From contig NC_057719.1 in the NCBI RefSeq assembly GCF_004010195.1, positions 76,809,273 through 76,873,272 on the forward strand: 64,000 nt of DNA. Direction: 5' to 3'. Made by a program: the position numbers and the translations under genes. The notes beneath the pieces were generated by a model. The model made no database searches. It was given only the letters and a program-made list of their open reading frames with translations, and was not told where the DNA came from. Source of the stretch: Chiloscyllium plagiosum (Eukaryota). This document shows positions 37,108 through 48,018 of the stretch, one piece after another; position 1 is the stretch's first letter; every line of letters starts with the position of its first letter.

Positions 37108-38504
37108 TACCTAATTACCCAGAGGGGAGTAAACAGTCAATCGCATTGCTGAGAGTCCAGAGTCACATGTAAGGATGATGGTTTCTTTCCCAAAAGAATA
37201 TTAGTGAACCAGTTGGGTTTTTCGACAATTGATAATGGCTCGTCATCATTTGACTCTTAATTCCAAAATTCACCAAGTGAAATTCTCTGAGCCACAGCCT
37301 TCTCAAAAATGCTGTTCCTAGTTTCAGCTACCTAGATTGAACAAGTTACCTGGAGAGATTATAGAAAGGCAATATTGAGCATTATTCCAAGTTCAATCTC
37401 GATACACGTATACATAGGTGTCATTCATTGCACCAGTGGGAATGATTTGGTCAGCTTTCCATTTGCCACCCACAGAATTTCAAAAGCTAATTCTTTCATT
37501 TTTAAGCAAAGGTCAGAACTATGTCCTCACTAAATTTCTTTTTGTATGTAGTGGGAAGTGGTAGCCCAGTAACTTTCAAAAGAAACTCTTCTCTCTTTGC
37601 CTCTGCTGTTGCTATGCAGCTTAAAGGAGTCACGGCAATATATCAAAGGGGTTTTCTATGCTCCACACCACTGTGAAGGCACTGACACAGCACTTTAAAG
37701 GCAGCTTTTTCTCAAAAGGTCTGAAACCATTTTCTGCATCAAAGCAGCATCAATGTCACTGCTGTTAGAGAGGCACAAAAGACAGACCTCACCAGAAACA
37801 GCATCATCCAGCATAACGACAACAATCAGGACTTTCCGGTGCATTCCTCAAGGCAAAAATCTTTTGTGCCATAGCTTGCTGCTCGTACAAACTGATGATT
37901 GTAGGAGAAAGGCAACAGGAACCTTGATTCATGTCGAGGTAAATCCTTCTAAACACTGATTTTTGAGCATGGAGAAATAAACAGCAGAGCATGAGGGTGA
38001 TTTAAAATGACAGAGGTATAAAAAGAGGAAAAGAATCAAAAAAGGGACAGCAAGGGAAATTAGTAATAATAATATTTTTGATCTGACACATTAAAAATCA
38101 TGACATTTTCATATATAATATTTGGATGAATGCTTAAAATTGCTTCCCCATCCGGGCCTAGAAGGTTTAATGGCAGTGTGTTGACTAATTAAGCTGTTCA
38201 ATTCCAGCCCAATCTTTTCTCAGTGAGTTTAACTGGCAATTAACTTAGCAATCAGCAAATTCTTAAAAGTAATAAGGAGGCTGAATGCAAGATAATATAT
38301 GGGCAAGTTCTAGAGTTTAGTAACTCTTCAAGTATCTCTGAATCCTTGGAATTTGCTGGTCAATTTGCATATTTTAATAACAGCATATGTTCGTAACAGT
38401 TTATTTTTCACATCATAATCTAGTCTAATAAGAAACAATGATTCCATGTAAAGGAGAGAGGACTCTTTCAGTGCAGTGGCAGTATTATTACCAGGAGCAC
38501 TGAT

Positions 38505-38693
38505 TTGATTTTGATTTTATTGTCACGTTGACTTAAGTACTGAAAGACGAGAAAGCAGTGAAATGTGTATAATGTCACCACATTAGATGCCACTTTAAGT
38601 ACAAATACCTAGGTACAGCATCTTAAGAACAAGGTAGAAAGAAAGAAAAAAATTAGAAGTTAAACAGTGCAGTAATTATAGTATAGCACAAAA
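38505..38693 (-). mobile_element. 3' part of a family X element
   Basis: Minus strand gtacctaggtatttgtacttaaagtggc...gtgacaataaaatcaaaatc. Confidence 0.55.
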
Positions 38694-41330
38694 CATGGGT
38701 TGATACATGGGACTTCGATGTTGTGGCCATTTCTGAGACATGGGTAGATCAGGGACAGGAATGGTTGTTGCAGGTTCTAGGATTTAAATGTTTCAAAAGG
38801 ACAGTATTACGGTGGCAGAAAGGAAATTTGAGGATTTGTCTCCTGAAGTAATATGGGCTAAGGTCAGAAACAGGAAAGGAGAGGTCACCCTGTTGGGAGT
38901 TTTCTATAGGCCTCCAAATAGTTCGCGATGTAGAGGAAAGGATAGCAAAGATAATTCTTGATAGGAGCAAGAGTGACAGGGTTGTTATGGGTGACTTGAA
39001 CTTTCCAAATATTGACTGAGAATACTATAGTTCAAGAACTTTAGGTGAGTCAGTTTTCTGACACAATATGTAGACAGGCCAACAAGGGGTGAGGCCACAT
39101 TGGATTTGGTACTGGGTAACGAATCTGGCCAGGTGTTAGATTTGGAGGTAGGTGTGCACTTTGGTGATAGTGACCACAATTCGATTACGTTTACTTTAAC
39201 AATGAAAGGGGATAGGTATATACTGCAGGGCAAGAGTTATAGCTGGGCGAAAGGCAATTATGATGCGATTAGGCGAGATATAGGAAGCATAGGATGGGGA
39301 AGGAAACTGCTGGGGATGGGCACAGTAGCTATTCAAGGAATAGCTACTGTGGGTCCTTGATAAGTATGTAGCTGTCAGGCAGGGAGGAAGTTGTCGAGTG
39401 AGGGAACCGTGTTTTACTAAAGAAGTTGAAACTCTTGTCAAGAGGAAGAAGAAGGCTTATGTTAGAATGAGACGTGAACACTCAGTTAGGATGCTTGAAA
39501 GTTACAAGTTAGCCAGGAAAGACCTAAAGAGAGAGCTAAGAAGAGCCAGGAAGAGACATGAGAAGTTGTTGGCAGATAGGATCAAGGAAAACCCTAAAGC
39601 TTTCGATAGGTAAATCAGAAGTAAAAGAATAACAAGATTAGATTAGGGCCAATCAAGGACAGTAGTGGGAGGTTGTGTGTGGAGTCAGAGGAGATAGGAG
39701 AAACATTAAATGAATATTTTTCGCCACTGGAAAAAGACAATGTTGTCAAGGAGAATACTAAGATACACGCTACTAGATTAGATGGGATTGAGGTTCACAA
39801 GGAGGTATTAGCAATTCTGGAAAGTGTGAAAATAGATAAGTCCCCTGGGCCAGATGGGATTTATCCTAGGATTCTCTGGGGAGCCAGGGAAGTGATTGCA
39901 GATTCTTTGATTTTGATCTTTATGTCATCATTGTTTACATGAATAGTGCCGGAAGACTGGAGGAGAGCAAATGTCTTGTTCAAGAAGGGGAGTAGAGACA
40001 ACCCCAGTAATTATAGCTCAGTAAGCTTTACTTCAGTTGTGGGTAAAGTGTTAAAGATAGGACTTATAATCATCTAGAAAGGAATAAGTTGATTAGGGAT
40101 AGTCAATGCGGTTTTGTGAAGGATAGGTCATGCCTCACAAACCTTATTGAGTTCTTTGAGAAGGTGAACAAACAGGTGGATGAGGGAAAAGCAGTTGATG
40201 TGATGCATATGGATTTCAGTAAGGCATTTGATAAGGTTCCCCATGGTAGGTTATTGCAGAAAATATAGAGGCATGGGATGGAGGGTGATTTTAGTGGTTT
40301 GGATCAGAAATTTGCTAGCTGAAAGAAGGCAGAGTGTGGTGGTTGATGGGAAATGTTCATCCTGGAGTTCAGTTACTAGTGGTGTACTGCAAGGATCTGT
40401 TTTGGGGCCACTGCTGTTTGTCATTTTTATAAATGTCCTGGATGAGTGCGTAGAATGATGTGTTAGGGAATTTGCGGGTGACACTAAGGTCGGTAGAGTT
40501 ATGGATAGTGCCGAAGGATGTTGTAGTTTACAGAGGGACATAGATAAACTGCAGAGCTGGGCTGAGAGGGGCAAATGGAGTTTAATGCAGAAAAGTGTGA
40601 GGTGATTCACTTTGGAAGGAGTACCAGAAATGCAGAGTACTGGGAAAATGATAAGATTCTTGGTAGTGTAGATGAACAGAGAGATCTCAGTGTCCACGTA
40701 CATAGATCCCTGAAAGTTGCCATCCAGGTTGATAGGATTGTTAAGAAGACATACAGTGTGTTAGCTTTTATTAATGGAGGGTTTGAATTTTGGAGCCATG
40801 AGATCATGCTGCAGCTGTACAAAACTCTGGTGCAACCACACTTGGAATATTGCGTACACTTCTGGTCACCGCTTTCTAGGATGTGGAAGCTTTGGAAAGG
40901 GCACTGAGGACATTTACTGGGATGTTGCCTGGTATGGTGGGAAGGTCTTACGAAGAAAGGCAGAGGGTCTTGAGGCTGTTTTCATTAGAGAGAAGAAGGT
41001 TGAGAGGTGATTTAATTGAGACATACAAGATAATCAGAGAGTTAGATAGGGTGGACAGTGAGAGCCTTTTTCCTCGAATGTTGATGGATGCAGGAGGGGA
41101 CATAAATTGATGGGTGATAGATATAGGACAGATGTAAGAGGCAGTAGGGGCGTGGAATGTCCTGCCTGCAACAGTAGTAGACTCGTCAACTTTAAGGGCA
41201 TTTAAATGGTCATTGGATAAATGTATGGATGGAAATGGAGCAGTGTAGGTTAGATGGGCTTCAGATTGGTTTCACAGGTCAGTGCCACATCGACGCCGAA
41301 GGGCCTGAGCTGTATAGTAATGTTCTATGA
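38694..41330 (+). mobile_element. CR1 ORF2 (APE, RT) and 3' end, decayed
   Basis: [34 protein letters not shown] and EFNAEKCEVIHFG; tail tgttctatg. Confidence 0.93.
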
Positions 41331-41728
41331 TCTGCAGTTTGTCATGAAAGGAGTGAAGGAAATTCCTTGAATGTTAATATGCAGAAAATGCACTGTAATT
41401 CATTTCAATGTGTTGGTGCTGATACAAAGAATTAATTGCAGCCAGGTACTCTAATATGGATTGCTCTACTGGGGAGGTCAAAGCCAGATTGGGTGATCTT
41501 GGTGAACACACCCATTCCTTCTGTAAGTATAACCCAAAGCTTTGGGTTGTTTGTCATTTTAGATTAGATTAGATTAGATTCCGTACAGTATGGAAACAGG
41601 CCCAAAAAGCCCACACCGAACCTCCGAAGAGTAACCCACCATAAAATTCTCCACTTTGCTATCATACTGACCGTCCTAGCCATAAGGTCTGGGTCCAAGT
41701 CCCACCTACACCTGAACATGTCTCCAGT

Positions 41729-42095
41729 CAAGATGGCGATGGAGTAAGACGTTTCAGACAGAACTTGTGCGTTCTGTCCACTTCCTGTTCTTTTCTTTCT
41801 TTTATCTTTGTACTATATTTTCCTTCTCTCTTCTTTCTTCTCCCGGCCACGGACTCCCGACCTTAGAATCAGTGCAGACCTGGTTGGTTGCCTCCAGCAT
41901 GGTGATCCTTAGGTGGTATGTGGCGGTCACTCAGCACGGACTTCGGTCTCGAGGTGATTTCTCAAAGTGCAGTCCCATTGTGGCTAAGTACTGAAGAAAG
42001 TCACAACATTTAGATGTTTCAGCTTTATTTCTTTATTTTCCAATTAAAACTAAGAAGGTCTGCAATGTGTAATTCTTTTTTAAAGTTTTTCATTT
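41729..42095 (+). mobile_element. Probable 5' part of a family X element
   Basis: Starts caagatggcg (YY1-like), then a pyrimidine tract, a CpG-richer body and a T-rich end; family assignment is inferred. Confidence 0.4.
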
Positions 42096-42097
42096 TC

Positions 42098-43700
42098 TGA
42101 GGCCTATAGAAAACTCCCAACAGGGTGACCTCTCCTTTCCTGTTTCTAACCTCAGCCCATACTACCTCAGGAGACAAATCCTCAAATTTCCTTTCTGCCA
42201 CCATAATATTGTCCTTGACTAACAATGCCACACCATCCACCTACCTACCGCCCACTTTACCATTTTCTCTGTCTTTACAGAAACATCTAAATCGTAGAAC
42301 CTGCAACAACCATTCCTGTCCCTGATCCACCCATGTCTCTGAAATGGCCACAAATCGAATTCCCAGGTACCAACTCATGCTGCAAGTTCACCCACCTTAT
42401 TCCGGATGCTCCTGGTGTTGAAGTAAACACACTTCAAACCAACTTCTTGCTTGCTGGTGCCCTCTTGCGACCTTAAAACCTTATTTCTGACCTCACTACT
42501 CTCAACCTCCTGTATACTAGAACTACAATTTAGATTCTCATCCCCCTTCTGAATTAGTTTAAACCCTCCAAAAGAGCATTAGCAAATTTCTCCCTTAGGA
42601 TATTGGTACCCCTCTGGTTCAGGTGAAGACCATCCTGTTTGTAGAGGTCCCCTACTCCAGAAAGAGCCCCAATTATTGAAGAATCCAAAACCCTCCCTCC
42701 TGCACCATCCCTCCTGCACCATCCCTATAGCCATGTGTTCAACTCCTCCCTCTCCCTATTCCTCACCTCACTAGCCTGTGGCATCGGCAACAAACCAGAG
42801 ATAATATTTGTTCTAGCTCTAAGCTTCCATCCTAACTCCCTGAATTCCTGCCCTAAATCTCTATCTCTCTTCCTACCTATGCCGTAGGTGCCTATGCAGA
42901 TCCATATACACATCAACTGCTCCCCGTCCCCCTCAAGGATCCTGAAAACATGATCAGAGACGTCATGAACCCTGGCACCTGGGAGGCAACACACCAACCG
43001 TGAGTCTTTCCTTCCCTTCCCTTCTGAGTAACAAGCACAGTCACTGTGCCAGAGACCTGTGCCCCATTGTTTACCCCGGTAAGGGCTCCCACCGGCAACC
43101 ACCCCCACCCGCAAAAGTATCCAAAATGGTATATTTGTTGTTGAGGGGAATGGCCACAGGGGACCCTTGCACTACCTGCCAGTTCCCTTTCTGTCCCCGG
43201 ACAGTAACCCATCTATGTTCTTGTATCAGAGGTGTGACTATCTCCTTGTAAACCCTCTCAATAATCCTCCCACCTCCTGAATGATCTGAAGTTCATCCAG
43301 CTCCAACTCCAGTTCGCTAACGCAGATTTTGAGGAGCTGGAGTTGGGACTTCCCACAGATGTAGTCAGCAGGGACACTTGTGGTGACCCTTACCTCCCAC
43401 ATTCTGCAGGAGGAACATTCAAGTGCCCTAACCTCTATTCCCACTATTCTAAATTTCCAACGAGACTACTGAAAACTAAAAAAAAACTAGTAACCTTACC
43501 AATCCAGTGCACAGAACCTTTTTTATTTGGTTAGAGGAGGAGGATGGATGGGAGACATTACCCAAGTAGTGTTTCGTTTCAAAACAACCACCCAAATATA
43601 TAATCTCACTTACCCAGTAGTCCTGTGTCCGTTCCTGCTTCCTGCTCAGAGTGCGTTCTGCCTGTAGACAAGGTAAGTCTTTTAACTTTAAATTTACCTT
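42098..43700 (-). mobile_element. CR1 5' part: 5'UTR, ORF1 and start of APE
   Basis: MGIEVRALECSSCRMWEV...ELELELDEL; VCCLPGARV...IGTYGIG; EVVWAEVRNRKGEVTLLGVFYRP. Confidence 0.9.
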
Positions 43701-43832
43701 CCTGTAAGGCCCCTGTTCCTCACTGTTGCTCTTCCCACTGCAACTGCAGCCAAAAAAATGAAGCTACGGTTACAGCATCAAAGTCAATTATGTTTCAATT
43801 GATTTTGCTATCAGTAGAATGGACTACAGGTA

Positions 43833-46263
43833 CAGTAATCCCCCATGCCTGTGGGCGAAACATTCCATGACCTACCATGGAAGCCTGAAATCATGGATAC
43901 ATAGAACATAGAACATTACAGCACAGTACAGGCCCTTCGGCCCTCGATGTTGCACCGACCTGTCATACCAATCTGAAGCCCATCTAACCTACACTATTCT
44001 ACGTACGTCCACATGCTTGTCCAATGACGACTTAAATGTACTTAAAGTTGGCGAATCTACTATCGTTGCAGGCAAAGCATTCCATACCCTTACTACTCTG
44101 AGTAAAGAAACTACCTCTGACATCTGTGCTATATCTATCACCCCTCAATTTAAAGCTATGCCCCCTCGTGCTCGCCGTCACCATTCTTGGAAAAAGGCTC
44201 TCCCTGTCCACCCTATCTAAACCTCTGATTATCTTATATGTCTCTATTAAGTTACCTCTCAACCTTCTTCTCTCCAACGAAAACAGCCTCAAGTCCCTCA
44301 GCCTTTCCTCGTAAGACCTCCCCTCCATACCAGACAACATCTTAGTAAATCTCCTCTGCACTCTTTCCAAAGCTTGCACATCCTTCTTATAATGCGGTGA
44401 CCAGAACTGTACACAATCCTCCAAGTGCGACCGCACCAGAGTTTTGTACGGCTGTAGCATAACCTCATGGTTCCGGAACTTGATCCCTCTATTAATAAAA
44501 GCTAAAACACTGTATGCCTTCTTAACAACCCTGTCAACCTGGGTGGCAACTTTCAAGGATTTGTGTACCTGGACACTGAGATCTCTCTGCTCATCTACAC
44601 TACCAAGAATCTTACCATTAGCCCAGTACTTTGCATTCTGGTTACTCCGACCAAAGTGAATCAGCTCACACTTGTCCATATTAAACTCCATTTGCCACCT
44701 CTCAGCCCAGCTCTGCAGCTTATCTATGTCTCTCTGTAACCTACACCATCCTTCATCACTATCCACAACTCCATCGACCTTAGTGTCGTCTGCAAATTTA
44801 CTAACCAACCCTTCTACGCCCTCATCGAGGTCGTTTATAAAAATGATGAACAGCAGTGGTCCCAACACCGACCCTTGCAGTACACCACTAGTAACTGTAC
44901 TCCAGAATGAACATTTCCCATCAACCACAACCCTCTGTCTTCTTTCAGCAAGCCAATTACTGATCCAAACTACTATATCTCCCACAATCCCATTCCTCTA
45001 CATTTTGTACAATAGCCTACTGAAGGGAACCTTACCGAACGCCTTGCTGAAATCCATAAATACCACATCAACCGGTTGACTCTCATCTGCCTGTTTGGTC
45101 GCCTTCTCAAAGAACTCAATAAGGTTTGTGAGGCACGACCTACCCTTCACAAAACCGTGCTGACTATCCCTAATCAAATTATTATTTTCTAGATGATTAT
45201 GAATCCTATCTCTTAAAGCCTTTTCCAACACTTTACCAACAACTGAAGTAAGGCTCACTGGTCTATAATTACCAGGGTTGTCTCTACTCCCCATCTTGAA
45301 CAGGGGAACCACATTTGCTATCCTCCAGTCTTCTGGCACTATTCCCAATGATGATTTAAAGATCAATGTCAAAGGCTTGGCAATCTCCTCCCTGGCTTCC
45401 CAGAGGATCCTAGGATAAATCCCATCTGGCCCAGGGGACTTATCTATTTTCATACTCTGCAGGATTTCTAATACCTCTTCCTTGTGAACCTCAATCCCAC
45501 CTAGTCTCGTAGCCTGTATCTCAGTATTCTCCTCGACAACATTGTCATTTTCTAGAGTGAATACTGTCGAAAAATATTCATTTAGTGCTTCCCCTATCTC
45601 CTCTGACTCCACACACGACTTCCCACTACTATCCTTGATTGGCCCTAATCTTACTCTCGTCATTCTTTTATTCCTTAAATACCTACAGAAAGCCTTAGGG
45701 TTTAACCTGATTCTATCCGCCAACAACTTCTCATGTCTCCTCCTGGCTCTTCTGAGCTCTCTCTTTAGGTCTTTCCTGGCTACCTTGTAACCCTCAAGCG
45801 CCCTAACTGAGCCTTCACATCTCATCCTAACATATGACTTCTTCTTCCTCTTGACCAGAGATTCCACTTCCTTCGTAAACCATGGCTCCTACGCTCTACA
45901 GCTTCCTCCCTGCCTGACAGGTACATACTTATCTAGGACACTCAGGAGCTTTTCCTTGAATAAGCTCCACATTTCTAATGTGCCCATCCCCTGCAGTTTC
46001 CTTCCCCATCCTATGCTTCCTAAATCTTGCCTAATCACATCGTAATTGCCTTTCCCCCAGCTGTAACTCTTACCCAGTGGTATACATCTTTCGCTTTCTA
46101 TCACTAAAGTAAACAGGATAGGAGTGAACCCATTAATTTCAATGGGAAATGTACCTTCCCAGCAGCCTCCAGATCCCTGGCTCCCTATAATATGTTCGGG
46201 GCACGGTAATCCGCAGGTAACTGAAACCACGGAAAACAATTCTGCAGATATGGGGGTCGTCCT
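43833..46263. mobile_element. MER44/Tigger7-like MITE, split by a CR1 into 43833-43899 and 46116-46263
   Basis: Left cagtaatcccccatgcctgtggg...gcctgaaatcatggata; right ggataggagtgaaccc...ggtaactgaaaccacggaaa...gatatggggg. Confidence 0.7.
43900..46115 (-). mobile_element. Relatively young 5'-truncated CR1 with the least disrupted ORF2 in the window
   Basis: ORFs 44998-45867 (289 aa) and 44032-44985 (317 aa, QGSVLGP...FADD) separated by one frameshift; (ttctatg)n tail; TSD ggata at 43895-43899 and 46116-46120. Confidence 0.95.
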
Positions 46264-46265
46264 TA

Positions 46266-46468
46266 TGTTCTTCTATAATGCCATGGTTGTGTTCTTGTGC
46301 AACCTCATGTTATAGAAAAATGGCGCTTTAGAAACAGTGCTTGAAGTGTTGGCGATATAATCGCATTACAACCAACACATTTTGGACATTCATGCTTTAG
46401 AAACAGTGTCCCAATTCATTAATCACGAACTCTCGCTAACAAAATGTGCATTATAGCAGAATGACCTG
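46266..46468. mobile_element. Tc1/mariner-type MITE body (same family as 11324-11504)
   Basis: tgttcttctataatgc ... gcattatagcagaatgacctg-TA; the missing left tip appears at 43827-43832. Confidence 0.65.
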
Positions 46469-48018
46469 TACTCCAAGAAATAATCTCACACCAGGGCTTA
46501 ACGCTAACCGAGTGCAATTGCTGCAGTTAATTCACAATTGTATTTCACAGTTTGTCCACTTACAGCTGCCATATTCATGTACCAACTGAGGGAGTCTGGA
46601 AGGAGAATAAAGGAATCCATGCTTTTACAGATCTGATTCAGAATGGTATAGACTAAATCTTGATGGTTCTTCCCCTGAGAATCAAATAAATTTCAATGTT
46701 TACAGACAACATGATTGATTGTGATGGCGAGTTTTAAACCAGGGTTTAGAATATAAACAACACAGCTTGAAAATGGAATCAACACCAATGGACGATGGTT
46801 AGCAATCTTTTCCAGAAATGTGATAAGCAGTTTTAAAATCAGGCAACACATCCAATCCAGTAATTATAATGCAATTTTACCAGTCTGCGCACTGCTCTCA
46901 CTATTCCAGAATTACAGAAATTCAAGGGAACATTTCTCGGGGAGTGCAGCATGACTCATCAGTCCATTGAGCTAGTGTGAAATGCAGTTCTACCACCAAA
47001 GCAGATTAGCAAAATGAATGTTTTAAATTGATTTCTAAGCTATGCACCACAAATGTCAGTAAAGGTTTTTTTCCAGGGTAGGATTTGACTTTAACTGGTA
47101 CATCTCAGTACATTTTTTGCAGCAAGCTGGCATCCTGCAGCAAGACAGATGAGCACAAGGAGCCAGACAGATGTTTTATTGCACTATTCCCCCGAAGGAG
47201 CTGTCAGCAGGTTGGAAACATGTGATAAAATCTGTTAGTGTTGCAGTTTTAGAATATCTAGTATTTATACTTCATTGTGCAAAATGGCAGAATCATGTGC
47301 CAGTTATTTCAGAAACACAAACTACATCCTTCGCCAACACGTTGCCACTCCCAACCATCTGTTCTTCAAAGTTTCTGCAAAGTAAAGGAGCAACTGCTTT
47401 AACGAAGATGAATATTCAAAGTGTTTTTCTTTGATTATTAAAGTGGCTATTGGTTCTGCAGATACTAACCTGAGGTTTGGTTGGTTTATATTCAAAAATA
47501 CGTCCAGCCAATTGAAGGAAGTTACATAGTTTTAGATGTGCTCACGTCAAAGAAACTCTACCAATTTGCAGGCATAATGCAGTCAAACACAATCCCAGTA
47601 CATTTGTTTTCTGATGGACAGTTGCAAATACGAGGAATCCAAATTGGCTCTTTCTGAGCTAAAGTGACTTGCAGTGTATATATTTTTAGTTCCACCCTGA
47701 CATGGGAACAATTATTGATGTAGACTGTGGTTTTCTATGCATTAATCTGCATTACATTTCACACAGTAAGGTTCCTGTTCAGTCAGATATCTTGAAGTTT
47801 ATTAACAACGCTATTTACACTATTACAATATCACAGACTTTCATACACCATCTGGGTCTGATGCTTACTGAATTAATGTACATTACATACGCATAGCTGA
47901 TTGACTGAACACACGGCACGGACTCAATTACACAGAAACAAAGGCTGAAGGCAAGGTGGGTACTTTTACATGAAAACATCACATGTTTTAAAGCTATGTA
48001 ATAGGCATTAAAAGGTAC

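Noticed and set aside
44032..45867. Long RT ORFs as a host gene or a novel reverse-transcriptase system
   Set aside because: Ordinary 5'-truncated CR1 ORF2 with a frameshift, microsatellite tail and TSD
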